In this document: positions 26,795 through 37,101 of the stretch, piece after piece
How positions within the stretch are numbered: position 1 is the stretch's first letter
How the letters are laid out: each line of letters begins with the position of its first letter
NCBI GenBank assembly: GCA_902385225.1
Contig: CABMEU010000029.1
Coordinates: forward strand, 41,065 to 105,064
Source: an uncultured archaeon
GTDB taxonomy: Archaea > Iainarchaeota > Iainarchaeia > Iainarchaeales > JAAZKV01
Direction: 5' to 3'
DNA length: 64,000 nucleotides
Program-made: the position numbers and the translations under genes
Notes under the pieces: generated by a model
What the model was told of the DNA's origin: nothing
What the model saw: only the letters and a program-made list of their open reading frames with translations
The model's database searches: none

Positions 26795-27364
26795 TTATCT
26801 TTTTCTCGTAAAGAACCAGCCGATTATAATTCCTGCCACAAGAGCGATAAGCACGGCGAGCGCAAAAGACTCAACACTTATTCCAGCCGATGCGGTCACA
26901 GCTTCCCTCGCTGAAGCACTTATTGAGGCCCCCATTATTTGTTCCGAGGCAGTGCTCTTCAAGAATGGCGCAGAATTATCCGCTGCCCCCATTGCAGCGC
27001 TTTGTAGGTTCGCTGACTGCAGGAAAATAAAAATAAATCCTCCTACAACAAATACTCCAAGGCAGAGCATTATGAGAACTTTTACTTCATCAAAAAGATT
27101 TGGCTGGATTAACTGCTTTCCTTTTTTGGTGAGTTCATAATATTTCCATTTTCTTCCCTCATCCACCTGTTTAATTAAATCAGCGCCGATTAAAATATCA
27201 CAGTGCTCTTTTATCGTTGAGCTGCCAAGTTCAAGTTTCTGGCTCAATTCAGTGAGTGTTCTTCTCCTGTCAGTGAGATTCTTTAGTATACTCACTCTCG
27301 AATCAGCGGAGAGCGCTTTGAAGCTCTTTTCATCAAGTATAACGTTTTGCTGCATAAAAATCAC
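26795..27364 (-). CDS. ArsR-like winged-HTH regulator fused to a C-terminal membrane anchor
   Basis: RVSILKNLTDRRRTLTELSQKLELGSSTIKEHCDIL (wHTH), then transmembrane helices. Confidence 0.5.
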   Translation of the reverse strand: MIFMQQNVILDEKSFKALSADSRVSILKNLTDRRRTLTELSQKLELGSSTIKEHCDILIGADLIKQVDEGRKWKYYELTKKGKQLIQPNLFDEVKVLIMLCLGVFVVGGFIFIFLQSANLQSAAMGAADNSAPFLKSTASEQIMGASISASAREAVTASAGISVESFALAVLIALVAGIIIGWFFTRKR

Positions 27365-27412
27365 TAAGCTTAGGTTAGCACTTAATACTTCTATCTTTTG
27401 GGCTTTTTAACT

Positions 27413-28402
27413 TTACTTCTTTTGTTCGGCTTTGCCCTCAGTTTCATTTCTTTTGGAAAAAATACGCCTTATTAGGAAGTAAATTCCGGCGCCCAAGTTC
27501 CGCACAACCAAATTCCCGATGAATAAAGTCAGAATAAGGGCGGCAATTGGGTAAAGTATCCATGCGTATTTAGCGAAGAGGCTTAGCATTGGGAGTTGTT
27601 TTAGTATCCCTTCCCCCAAATCAACTTTCTGGTTCTTCAGGCTTTGAATGACCTGGTCCTTAAAGCTCTGCGAGGTAACATATGTTTTTGTCGCATCAAG
27701 CTGGGAAACAAGTGCTAGCCCGTCAGGGTCGCCTTTTGCCGCCAGATTCTTTACAGAATCAAGTGATTGTATTTGTGTAATTGTTTGCTGCTGCTGTGTT
27801 GACATCGCGCCCGCGAGGCTCTCATTGAACTGGTCGCTTAATATTGGTCCGTTTCCGATTGTGTATGAGAGAAGCTGCGGAATAAAGTCATCCTGGTATT
27901 TTTGGGTATTTGTTAATGTGAAAAATAATAAGTAAATAAAAAAACCCGCGCATACAATTGAAACAATCCTTCCTGTGGCTCCCGCTCCTGAACGCAAAAC
28001 CGCCATATACTTCAATTCTTTCTCCCTTGCCGAAAGGTTCTTCAGGCTTATTGGTATTGCGAGGAGAAGTATTGCCATTGGGGCAAAGAAATCAATTAAT
28101 TGCGGGAATAAAAGCAGTGAACCCGCGATTCCAATAAGCGCTCCAACTAAGGCAAACACCATTGCGTATTTGAATAAATATTTCTTCCCAATTGCAAGAA
28201 TAAATCCCATTGCAAATGAGGCGCTGAGTAAAAATGCCGCGAAATTAATTGTGATGATTTCTTTGAGGAGGGGAATTGTGTTAATTGTTAGAAATTGTTC
28301 GATTGTGATTCCCGTAATTGAGAAAAAATACGCCGCCACAATTATCATTACTGCCGTAGCAACTGCGAAAACTACGCCCGGCGCCTTCTCATTCATGAGC
28401 AA
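27413..28402 (-). CDS. Polytopic membrane protein, function unknown
   Basis: Multiple transmembrane helices. It lies 49 nt downstream of the ArsR-like regulator gene on the same strand and is probably co-transcribed with it. Confidence 0.35.
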   Translation of the reverse strand: MLMNEKAPGVVFAVATAVMIIVAAYFFSITGITIEQFLTINTIPLLKEIITINFAAFLLSASFAMGFILAIGKKYLFKYAMVFALVGALIGIAGSLLLFPQLIDFFAPMAILLLAIPISLKNLSAREKELKYMAVLRSGAGATGRIVSIVCAGFFIYLLFFTLTNTQKYQDDFIPQLLSYTIGNGPILSDQFNESLAGAMSTQQQQTITQIQSLDSVKNLAAKGDPDGLALVSQLDATKTYVTSQSFKDQVIQSLKNQKVDLGEGILKQLPMLSLFAKYAWILYPIAALILTLFIGNLVVRNLGAGIYFLIRRIFSKRNETEGKAEQKK

Positions 28403-28468
28403 AATAAGCTCTTTTTGGTATTTAAGGGTTACTTGGCGGTTTGTTTTTGTGCAGCGTTGGGATATGCC

Positions 28469-29269
28469 TCATATTTTTTCGAGCAAATAAATATGCTGGG
28501 TGTAATCCCCGCCGTCAAATTCATTTGCAGGCCGGTGGTATGATACTTTCTTAAAACCGCGGGGAATTATTGTGCGGTTCTCGCTTGTGAAGAGTATTTT
28601 GCCTCCTTTTCGCAAAATTGTGCGGCATTGTTGCAGGGTTTTTGTTAAATCCCCCGGGGTGTTATAAGATATTCCAAGGTTTGAATGAATAAAGTCCACT
28701 GAGTTTGGCTTAATCTTTTTTTCTAATTGCAGTGAGTGAAGTACCATCCACTTAATCTTCTTTGAGCCGCCCCATCTTCTCCACTCAGGCACTCTGGCAA
28801 GTCCTGTTGCGGTATAGCGCACCCCGGGAAGAGCCTTGACAATTTCTTTTGCAGCTTTCCCAACTCCCGTCCCAATTTCAAGTATCCTAAAATTTCTTTT
28901 GCCGGCTTTTTCACTGCGAATTAAATTCAATAAGTTTATTCCATAAAACTTGTTCAATCTCTTTAGCCCCGCGTCAAAACTGATTTCCCATTCACCATAC
29001 AGTTCGTAAGTTCTCTCCCGCCTATCCTTTTTTCTGCCTTGATTAATTAGTTCCAAATGATCCTTTCTTCTTATGCTCTCCTTCTCTCCAAACCTTGCAA
29101 CTGAATTAGCATGCGCCTTTTCTCTTAACCACTTTTCAAGCCTTACTTTATTTGGATCAATATTGTGCCTCTGCATTGTGTCCTCAGAAAATTTGTGGTA
29201 TCCGTCCCAGAGAATTTTGTCGAGCCTCTGTCGTTTCCTTGTGCCAAAACGCCTAATCATATAATACAA
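28469..29269 (-). CDS. Class I SAM-dependent methyltransferase
   Basis: FRILEIGTGVGKAAKEI motif I. Confidence 0.55.
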   Translation of the reverse strand: MYYMIRRFGTRKRQRLDKILWDGYHKFSEDTMQRHNIDPNKVRLEKWLREKAHANSVARFGEKESIRRKDHLELINQGRKKDRRERTYELYGEWEISFDAGLKRLNKFYGINLLNLIRSEKAGKRNFRILEIGTGVGKAAKEIVKALPGVRYTATGLARVPEWRRWGGSKKIKWMVLHSLQLEKKIKPNSVDFIHSNLGISYNTPGDLTKTLQQCRTILRKGGKILFTSENRTIIPRGFKKVSYHRPANEFDGGDYTQHIYLLEKI

Positions 29270-29368
29270 AGGGGCTTTGGAATTATTTATTCTTATGCGT
29301 TTAAGCGAAACTTTAGCCCCGATAAACCCTTAAAAATTCTTTCCTTGGTGACTTCTGTACTGATATTG

Positions 29369-32032
29369 ATGGATAATAAGAGCGGCTCGTTTTGGCTTGA
29401 GGTTGAGAAGAAGTGGCAGACTGCGTGGGAGAAAGAGAATATCTTTGAGGCAAAAGAGGATTCAAAGAAAAAAAAGTGCTATGTTCTAGAAATGTATCCC
29501 TACCCCAGCGCGAGCTTCCTCCACATGGGGCATGTAAGAAATTATGTTCTTGGGGATGTTTTTGCGAGATTCAAAAGAATGAGTAATTTTAGTGTTCTTT
29601 ACCCGATGGGTTATGACTCATTCGGTCTTCCTGCAGAAACCGCTGCGAAAAAAGAAGGGATTCATCCGAAGGTATACACTGAGCAGGCGATGGCAAAAAT
29701 AATGGGCTACCAAAAAGCGCTTGGGAATAGTTATGACTGGAATAGAACGCTTTCAAGTCATGAACCGGATTACTATAAGTGGAATCAGTTCTTTTTTATC
29801 AAAATGCTTGAAAATGGATTGGCATATAGAAAGAAAGCTCCTGTTAATTGGTGTGAAACATGCCAATCAGTTCTCGCGAATGAGGAAGCCGAAGGGGGCA
29901 AGTGCTGGAGATGCGGAAACGAAGTAATAAAGAGGGACATGGAGCAGTGGTTTTTGAAAATCACTGATTATGCTGACAGATTGCTTTCGGATTTGGATAA
30001 AATTGAGTGGCCCGAAAGAATCAAAACAATGCAGAGGAATTGGATTAACCGAAAAGAATGGATTGATATTGACTACAAAATTGACGGGGCTGATGAATCA
30101 ATCACCGTTTCAACTACAAGACCTGACACAAATTTTGGAGCGACTTTTGTTGTAATGGCCCCAGAGCATCCGCTCCTTTCAAGAGAAAAAAATCTTGTTC
30201 CTGCAGATAAGAGAAAAGCGGTTGATGATTACATTAAAATGGCATTGAAAAAAACTGATGAGGAAAGAATCGCGGAGGGAATGAAAAAAACTGGAGTATT
30301 CACGGGGCTTTATTGTGTGAACCAGTTGACAAAAAAGAAAATGCCTATTTGGGTAACTGATTTTGTTTTGCTAAATGTTGGGACAGGTGCGGTTGTGGGG
30401 GTTCCCGGGCACGATATTAGGGACTTTGAGTTCGCGAAAGAATTTGGTCTTCCTGTAATTAGAGTTGTTGTTGGAAAGGATGGGAATAAATCAGAAATAA
30501 CAAAAAAAGAACAGGTGCAGGAAGAAGAAGGAATAATGATTAATTCCGGATTCCTTGACGGAATGGATATTCACGCCGCTACAAAAAAAGTAATGGATTA
30601 TCTTGAAGAAAAAGGATTGGGAAGAAGAACAATCAGATACAAAATTAGAGACTGGATGATTTCCCGCCAGCGTTACTGGGGCACTCCAATTCCTGTTGTT
30701 TATTGTGATAAGTGCGGGGTTGTTTCGGTTCCTGAGAAAGAGCTTCCTGTTCTGCTTCCTGAGAAAGTTAATTTCAAGGTTACAGGTAATCCTCTTGCGA
30801 CAAGCGAAGAGTTTGTTAATACAAAGTGCCCGAAGTGCAAGGGAAAAGCAAGAAGAGAAACTGATACAATGGGCGGTTTCGTTGATTCATCATGGTACTT
30901 CCTAAGATACTGCGATAATAAAAATAAAACAAAGCCGTTTGATGATAAGAGAGTAAATTACTGGATGCCTGTTGACCAGTACATTGGCGGGGCGGAGCAT
31001 GCCGTAATGCACTTAATTTACGCGAGGTTTTTTGTTAAAGTGCTAAAGGATTTTGGGTTTGTTAAGTTTGATGAGCCCTTCCAAAAACTCTTTAATCAGG
31101 GAATTGTTTACAAAGATGGCGCGAAGATGTCAAAGTCAAAGGGAAATGTTGTTTTCCAAACAGATATTTCCGCAAAGTATGGAATTGATACGGCGAGATT
31201 GTTTTTGATGTTTGTTTCTTCTCCTGATAAACAAATGGAGTGGAGTGATGAGGGAATTGACGGCTCAAGCAGAATAATTAACCGATTCTTCAGGGTTGCC
31301 CAGAAAGTTAAACCCACAAAAGCGGATAAGAAAACAATTAGCAAATTAAATATGACCATTAAGGAAGCCGGAAAGAATATTGAAACATTTGACTATCCTA
31401 AAACAATTATCGCGATTTCGGATTTCTTAAACTATTTAGATTCGCTTGAGGAAGTTCCAAAGGAAGCGTTTGAATCGCTTTTGAAAATAGTTTCTCCGTT
31501 TTGCCCGCACATGGCGGAAGAGATTTGGCACGACTTGGGAAACAAATCATTTGTTTCAATCGCACAGTGGCCTTTGTTTGATGAGAAATTAATTGATACG
31601 CAGTTTGAGAAAATTGATTCGGTGATTGACTCTCTTCGCTCTGATATTATTAGAGTAAAACAACTCGCAAAGCTTGAGAAGGTTTCAAAAGTAAAATTAT
31701 TTGTTGCTCCTGAATGGAAATGGAAAGCTCTTGGAATTGTTCAAGTTGCGTGCAAGGAGCGCCCTGATTTTGGCGCTGCGATGAAAGCACTTATGAGCGA
31801 TGCTGAAATGAAGAAGCACGGAGCGGAAGTGCCAACTTTCCTAAAAACCGCGATGAATCGCTTGGCTGAGACCAGCGGGCTCGCTAAATTTGATGAGGCT
31901 GGCGTGCTTAATTCCGCAAAACCCGCGCTTGAGAAAGAATTCGGTTTAGTTGAAATAATTAAAGCAGAGGATTCAAAGGAAGTTAAAGCAAAGAACGCAT
32001 TCCCTGGGAAACCTGCGTTATTGATTGAGTAA
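29369..32032 (+). CDS. leuS: Leucyl-tRNA synthetase
   Basis: HMGHVRNY (HIGH-type) and AKMSKSKGN (KMSKS). Editing-domain-sized insertion. The start is trimmed to MDNKS; the track ORF's upstream extension overlaps the divergent promoter. Confidence 0.9.
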   Translation: MDNKSGSFWLEVEKKWQTAWEKENIFEAKEDSKKKKCYVLEMYPYPSASFLHMGHVRNYVLGDVFARFKRMSNFSVLYPMGYDSFGLPAETAAKKEGIHPKVYTEQAMAKIMGYQKALGNSYDWNRTLSSHEPDYYKWNQFFFIKMLENGLAYRKKAPVNWCETCQSVLANEEAEGGKCWRCGNEVIKRDMEQWFLKITDYADRLLSDLDKIEWPERIKTMQRNWINRKEWIDIDYKIDGADESITVSTTRPDTNFGATFVVMAPEHPLLSREKNLVPADKRKAVDDYIKMALKKTDEERIAEGMKKTGVFTGLYCVNQLTKKKMPIWVTDFVLLNVGTGAVVGVPGHDIRDFEFAKEFGLPVIRVVVGKDGNKSEITKKEQVQEEEGIMINSGFLDGMDIHAATKKVMDYLEEKGLGRRTIRYKIRDWMISRQRYWGTPIPVVYCDKCGVVSVPEKELPVLLPEKVNFKVTGNPLATSEEFVNTKCPKCKGKARRETDTMGGFVDSSWYFLRYCDNKNKTKPFDDKRVNYWMPVDQYIGGAEHAVMHLIYARFFVKVLKDFGFVKFDEPFQKLFNQGIVYKDGAKMSKSKGNVVFQTDISAKYGIDTARLFLMFVSSPDKQMEWSDEGIDGSSRIINRFFRVAQKVKPTKADKKTISKLNMTIKEAGKNIETFDYPKTIIAISDFLNYLDSLEEVPKEAFESLLKIVSPFCPHMAEEIWHDLGNKSFVSIAQWPLFDEKLIDTQFEKIDSVIDSLRSDIIRVKQLAKLEKVSKVKLFVAPEWKWKALGIVQVACKERPDFGAAMKALMSDAEMKKHGAEVPTFLKTAMNRLAETSGLAKFDEAGVLNSAKPALEKEFGLVEIIKAEDSKEVKAKNAFPGKPALLIE

Positions 32033-32041
32033 GGAACATTT

Positions 32042-32524
32042 ATGTCTGCAGAATCTGATTCTAAAGTAATTGTTTTTGGCGAACCTCATGAGGGCGAACT
32101 AAAGAGATATAGTGTTTCAGCCGTAATTCAAAGAAAAACAGATGGAAAATTCTTGTTATTAAAGTGGAAGGAATATGACTGGCTTTCTCCGTGTGTTGGC
32201 GGAATTGATGGTGACGAATCTCCTGAAGAAGCCGCGGAGAGGGAAGTGCTTGAGGAAACAGGGTATCATGCTAAGGCGATTAAAAAACTTGGCGGGTTAA
32301 TTGAGTCGCACTTTTTTGCGGAGCATAAGAATCTTTGGAGGCATAGAATCGACCAGCCTGTATTGCTTGAGCTTACTAGCGAAGAAAGAGAATCAGTTTC
32401 TGATGATGAACTAAAAAGGCACGAAGTAATTTGGATTACTCTTGATGAAGCACTTAAGAAAATTACTCATAAGTATAATTGTATTTGTATTTGCCGATAT
32501 TTAGGTCTTGAATGGAAACCTTAA
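32042..32524 (+). CDS. NUDIX hydrolase
   Basis: GGIDGDESPEEAAEREVLEETG Nudix box. Confidence 0.75.
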   Translation: MSAESDSKVIVFGEPHEGELKRYSVSAVIQRKTDGKFLLLKWKEYDWLSPCVGGIDGDESPEEAAEREVLEETGYHAKAIKKLGGLIESHFFAEHKNLWRHRIDQPVLLELTSEERESVSDDELKRHEVIWITLDEALKKITHKYNCICICRYLGLEWKP

Positions 32525-32530
32525 CTGTCT

Positions 32531-33136
32531 TTAAGTCCTTCTAATTCTCTTTTGTTTTGGAGTCATCCGTTTTTTTGATTTAGCAAGCCCTCTTGCGATT
32601 CGTAATGCCTCAATTTTTTGGCGTTCATTGATTGCCATTCTGCGAAGTCCGGAATAATCTCCCATGTCGCTTGGAGCAAAATATAATATGTTTGATTTTG
32701 GCAGCCCGAGGCGCTGAACCATCGCTTTGGCGTGCTCGGTGTGCATTACAATTACATCCCTGCTTGTGGTTCCTTGAAGCAGTCTCTCCCATTTCTTTTC
32801 GCGCAAGTCCATATTTCTATAGCGGTGATAAGATTCAGACAATGGCCACTTATTATGAAGCAGTTCTTCAGTGAACGGATAACTTGCCCGCTGATGTTTA
32901 CTTATGGTCCTTTTGCTTTTGTCAAGAGGCACAATCTCAACGCCTAATTTGTGCGCCTTATTTGCAAGCAATGCAAAATCACTCAAATCAGAACCCGGTT
33001 CGAAATGACTCATTTCAATGAATAAGCGCTTTTTTCCTTTAATTACCCGTAGAAAATCAGCCATTGCCGCTTCTACTTCCTGGTTAGTGTGCGGCAAAGC
33101 GAACATTATTGGTTTGTTGGGGCGAATTGGCATCAA
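32531..33136 (-). CDS. Hypothetical protein
   Basis: 201-aa ORF with no motif. Confidence 0.3.
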   Translation of the reverse strand: MMPIRPNKPIMFALPHTNQEVEAAMADFLRVIKGKKRLFIEMSHFEPGSDLSDFALLANKAHKLGVEIVPLDKSKRTISKHQRASYPFTEELLHNKWPLSESYHRYRNMDLREKKWERLLQGTTSRDVIVMHTEHAKAMVQRLGLPKSNILYFAPSDMGDYSGLRRMAINERQKIEALRIARGLAKSKKRMTPKQKRIRRT

Positions 33137-33264
33137 ATCACAAACATATACTTAGCCCATTTAATTTAATTGTTTCCTCGGATAATAAATTAAGTTTTTT
33201 CTCTCTTCAAAGCTATCTTTAAATACTTTAAACTCTTTCTACTTCTGACAATTTAAGTGATTTT

Positions 33265-33843
33265 ATGAACCGAATGGAAAAAGAGAAGATTCTTGAGGCG
33301 GCGCTCTTCATGTCGCCAAAGCCCTTGACTCTTGAGGAGCTTAACTCAATTGCGGAGATTAATTCAAGGCTTGAGACAAAAGCCATGATGCAGGAATTAA
33401 TGAGTTTTTATAATTCCAGAAAGAGCGCTCTTGAGATAGCTGAAACCCAAGTCGGTTACCAAATGCGTGTGAAGGAAGAGTATGAGGAAAAAGTACAGCA
33501 CTTCGCGCAAAACTCCATGTTTAACCGAGGAGTAATGAAAACCTTGGCGTTAATTGCATACAAACAGCCGATAAATCAATCCTTAGTTATTCAATTAAGG
33601 AACAATAAGGCGTATGACCACTTGAAGCTTTTGCTTACTGAGGGGTTCATAAAAAAAGAGCCAAAAGGAAGAACATTTTCTCTTTCAACAACAACAAAGT
33701 TCATTGAGTACTTTGGGAAGGATTTTGGTAAATCATCCAAACCGGTTGCCCCAAGCGCGAGCGATTTAAGGTCCTCAATAAACTCAGAAGTGAATAAAGT
33801 GATGGAGCAAAAAGAAGAACAATTTGCTCCAGACAATGAATAA
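33265..33843 (+). CDS. scpB: ScpB (segregation and condensation protein B)
   Basis: ILEAALFMSPKPLTLEEL N-terminal ScpB signature, with tandem winged-helix organisation. Confidence 0.65.
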   Translation: MNRMEKEKILEAALFMSPKPLTLEELNSIAEINSRLETKAMMQELMSFYNSRKSALEIAETQVGYQMRVKEEYEEKVQHFAQNSMFNRGVMKTLALIAYKQPINQSLVIQLRNNKAYDHLKLLLTEGFIKKEPKGRTFSLSTTTKFIEYFGKDFGKSSKPVAPSASDLRSSINSEVNKVMEQKEEQFAPDNE

Positions 33844-33852
33844 TTCTTCTGT

Positions 33853-34518
33853 TCAAAACAATTTCTGCTGTTTTGTCCCGATTTCCTCAAGCGCTTTTTG
33901 GCATGTGCTCCAAAATATTCGTGAGAATGGAGGGAGTTTTTTGTGCTCCTCAACATATTCTTTCAAGAATTTTTGTGTCTTTGGGTCGGCAGGGTATCCG
34001 CTTCCAATATCTCCGAATTTTTCCTTAATTGCCTCAATTTCCTCGTCGCGTTTAACTTTTGCGAGTACGCTCGCTGCCCCGACAACAACATAATTTGAAT
34101 CCGCTTTGTTCTCCGCAACAATTTTTGTTTTTGCGTGGGATTTGTTCAAGTATTTTCTAATTCTTTTCTCAAATGCGCCCTTTAGCGCATCAGGCGAATC
34201 AATGTAAATAATTTCTGGTTTCTTTTTGAGTCCATTAATTAATTCCCCAATTTTCATCGCCTCAATTTCGTTGAGCGAGTATTGTGCCATCAAATCATTT
34301 ATTTCAATCGGCTCAATAATGAGAACTTTGTATTCCACGCAGTGCTTCTTGATGTCATCAATTAACGCTTTTCGTTTATTTGGCAAGATTTGCTTTGAGT
34401 CCTTCACTCCGAGCGCTTTGAGTTCCTTCTCGCTCTCTTTCTCCATCACCGTGATTCCAATCGTCATCGGTCCAAACGCGGGTCCTCTTCCCGCTTCATC
34501 AATTCCGGCTATTAACAT
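33853..34518 (-). CDS. rnhB: Ribonuclease HII
   Basis: LIAGIDEAGRGPAFGPM catalytic DEDD-region motif. Confidence 0.85.
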   Translation of the reverse strand: MLIAGIDEAGRGPAFGPMTIGITVMEKESEKELKALGVKDSKQILPNKRKALIDDIKKHCVEYKVLIIEPIEINDLMAQYSLNEIEAMKIGELINGLKKKPEIIYIDSPDALKGAFEKRIRKYLNKSHAKTKIVAENKADSNYVVVGAASVLAKVKRDEEIEAIKEKFGDIGSGYPADPKTQKFLKEYVEEHKKLPPFSRIFWSTCQKALEEIGTKQQKLF

Positions 34519-34585
34519 AAAACCACTTCAGATGAATTAAGTAAAAAAGGTTATTAAAGAAACTACTACGCTTGTTTGTAATTAA

Positions 34586-34882
34586 TTACTTTTTGTAGTG
34601 GTGCGCAAGCCACTGTTTTTTGAAAAAAGGAAGCGTGAGGGTTGAGAGCAAGAATCCAACCGAAGGAACTATTGCGTTAAGCCAGGGGTTTGGAATATTT
34701 ATTACATTTAAGTAAATCCCAATCGCAAGGTAAGTGAATAGAACAAGCAGTCCTCTGCGGAAGTAACTTACTTCCCACGCTTTATCAGATTCAACGCGCG
34801 AGTTTCTCTCCTCAATTTTCTTTATTCTATTCTCTAGCTGTGTGATTGTAGCCATAAAAAAGCCGACTTTACTTGATATCAA
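34586..34882 (-). CDS. Small two-TM membrane protein
   Basis: 98 aa with two hydrophobic helices. Confidence 0.3.
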   Translation of the reverse strand: MISSKVGFFMATITQLENRIKKIEERNSRVESDKAWEVSYFRRGLLVLFTYLAIGIYLNVINIPNPWLNAIVPSVGFLLSTLTLPFFKKQWLAHHYKK

Positions 34883-35165
34883 TTAGTATTTCTTTGATTC
34901 TTGGTCTTTGTCTATCGCATGTCGCGCATGCATCAAGAGCATCAAGGCAAAGAACTTTACCGGCTTTTACTCTCTCAAGTTTCGTGAGTTCAGCGTCTTC
35001 TGCGCGCAGAGCAGTGAAAGCGGCTTTTAATGTTTCAACAGCTTTTTTTGTTGAAATAACAGCCATTTCTTTTTGTGAGTCGCTTGGTCTGAGATTTCGG
35101 TATGTGTGGCAAAGCATGCAATTTCTCTTTGCTGAGTCAAAATAAGCTGATAGTGTGGTTTTCAT
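34869..35165 (-). CDS. Small Cys-containing hypothetical protein
   Basis: CMLCH and CATC cysteine pairs. Function unknown. Confidence 0.3.
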   Translation of the reverse strand: MKTTLSAYFDSAKRNCMLCHTYRNLRPSDSQKEMAVISTKKAVETLKAAFTALRAEDAELTKLERVKAGKVLCLDALDACATCDRQRPRIKEILIDIK

Positions 35166-35296
35166 GACAAATACTAATACATAAAAGAATAAAAAGCATG
35201 GGGGGAGTGAAAAAATGCCTCTTAACCCAAGAAAGTGAAAAAAATAAAAAGTACCGGCGAATTACCGCCGGCACTCGAATTAGTTTTATTATTGCA

Positions 35297-36214
35297 TTAT
35301 GCAGCAACATCGATTGAGAGTCTCTTCTTGAGTTCTCTGTATCTGTTTCGGATTGTAACTTCTGTTACTCCCGCAACATTTGCAACTTCTTTTTGGGTTC
35401 TTCTTTCTCCCTTCAAGAGTCCTGCGATGTATACAGCAGCAGCCGCAACACCCGTAGGTCCTCTTCCTGAGATGAGTCCCTTCTTTATTGCTTCTTCAAG
35501 TATTCTGCGTCCCTCTTCCTGAACCTCTCCGCTCAAGTTGAGTTCGCTTGCGAATCTTGGGATGTAGTGTATTGGGTTTGTTAGTGGAACTCCCAAATTA
35601 AGTTCTCTTACTAAGAACCTGTATGTTCTCCCAATTTCTTTTTTAGTTAATCCGCTTGCTTCAGCCATTTCGTTTAGAGTTCTTGGAACGTGGTAGGTTC
35701 TGCATACTGTGTATAGTACGGCAGCAACAACCGCTTCAATTAATCTTCCTCTAATGAGCCCCTTCTTTACGGTTTTTCTATAAAGCAAAGCAGCAGCTTC
35801 AACGAGTGTGTCAGGTATATTTAGGTATGACGCAACTCTCCTCATTTCTGTTAGCGCGATTGATAGATTTCTTTGCATTGAGCTTGATACGCTTGCCCTC
35901 TTGTGCCACTTAATTAGGCGGTACATTTGCGCTCTTCCTTTGCTCGAAAGTTTATTTCCACGAAGGTCAGTTCCTCTGCGGTCAATCATTGTAACTAAAC
36001 CCTTGTTTAGCTTTACATACTTCATCGGGCTTCCGCCTCTTGATGAGTCCTCAGAATCCTCAAAGCTTCTCCACTCTTTTCCCGTGTCAATCATTTCTTC
36101 TTCAGACACGATGAGTCCGCAGTTCATGCAAACCGCTTCTCCTTTTCCGTGGTCTACGCGGATTTTTTCGCTACCGCATTCAGGGCATTTTGTTACCAAA
36201 TCTACCGCCTCCAA
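35297..36214 (-). CDS. tfb: Transcription initiation factor TFB (TFIIB)
   Basis: N-terminal zinc ribbon CPECGS...CMNCG, and two cyclin-fold repeats. Confidence 0.9.
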   Translation of the reverse strand: MEAVDLVTKCPECGSEKIRVDHGKGEAVCMNCGLIVSEEEMIDTGKEWRSFEDSEDSSRGGSPMKYVKLNKGLVTMIDRRGTDLRGNKLSSKGRAQMYRLIKWHKRASVSSSMQRNLSIALTEMRRVASYLNIPDTLVEAAALLYRKTVKKGLIRGRLIEAVVAAVLYTVCRTYHVPRTLNEMAEASGLTKKEIGRTYRFLVRELNLGVPLTNPIHYIPRFASELNLSGEVQEEGRRILEEAIKKGLISGRGPTGVAAAAVYIAGLLKGERRTQKEVANVAGVTEVTIRNRYRELKKRLSIDVAA

Positions 36215-36435
36215 TATAACGTGTGTTGGGCACCGAGGATTGTTCTACCTTAAAAAATCACAAAACTAGTGCTTAATTATATAAAGGTTCTATGAGGAGG
36301 TTTATAAATGTTTCTCAAAAAGGTAAAAATTGCTATAATTTGGGCTAGGGCGAATTTGAAAGGGTTTAAGGAGTTTTAGCATTTGTTTTTCACTGGCGAG
36401 TTAAGCCTTTTATACTTTGGAAGAAGTGTTTTGTT

Positions 36436-37071
36436 ATGCCTAAACATTCTACTGGCCCTGTTCAACTTTCTTTGAAATTAAGTCCAGGGCAGATTCCTTG
36501 GCGCGGGAGGGGAAATGTGTTTTCTCTTTTTAGATCTTATGGCAAAACGAGGGGTAAAGGAAAGACGATGTGGGTTGCGGCAAAGCAAATATCTAGTTCT
36601 CGCAGGTTTCCCACTTTGGATAAATTTTTGAGAAAACACAAGAGCCAAATCAAAGTCTTTGCCGAGGTTGGCGCCGCAAATGGTAAGGGCGCCCCAATGG
36701 CTTTTGATGCAAGGAACGCACTTGGAAGAAGCGCTAAAGTCTTTGCTGTTGATGTTGTGAAAATGCCAAATTTGTATTTGAATCAGCGGAGAGTTACTCC
36801 AGTTCTTCACGCGATTTCAAGAAAGCCTCTCCCGTTTAAGTGCGATGCAATTCGTCTCACCAATGTTACAATGTATATGTCCGAGAGCGATGTGCGAAGA
36901 TCCATTGTAAATATTTGGAAAAGCCTTAATGAGGGCGGTTTTTTGCTTGGCTCAAATATTAACAAGCTCTTTATTCTAAGGAAAACAAGCACGGGTTTTG
37001 AGGAAGTTTTGGGCTGGAAAAGGGGGCCGACAATGATTCGTCCGGTTCTTCCAGACTTTCTTCATGTGTAA
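36436..37071 (+). CDS. Hypothetical protein, possibly a methyltransferase-fold protein
   Basis: FAEVGAANGKG, a weak motif-I-like glycine-rich loop. Divergent from tfb. Confidence 0.3.
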   Translation: MPKHSTGPVQLSLKLSPGQIPWRGRGNVFSLFRSYGKTRGKGKTMWVAAKQISSSRRFPTLDKFLRKHKSQIKVFAEVGAANGKGAPMAFDARNALGRSAKVFAVDVVKMPNLYLNQRRVTPVLHAISRKPLPFKCDAIRLTNVTMYMSESDVRRSIVNIWKSLNEGGFLLGSNINKLFILRKTSTGFEEVLGWKRGPTMIRPVLPDFLHV

Positions 37072-37101
37072 GATTATTTGGTTTGTTGTTTGAATAGAAT
37101 T

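Noticed and set aside
29165-29368. Upstream 68-codon extension of the leuS track ORF
   Set aside because: It overlaps the divergent methyltransferase gene and promoter region. LeuRS homology, including the class-I HIGH-type motif, begins after the internal MDNKS start at 29369.
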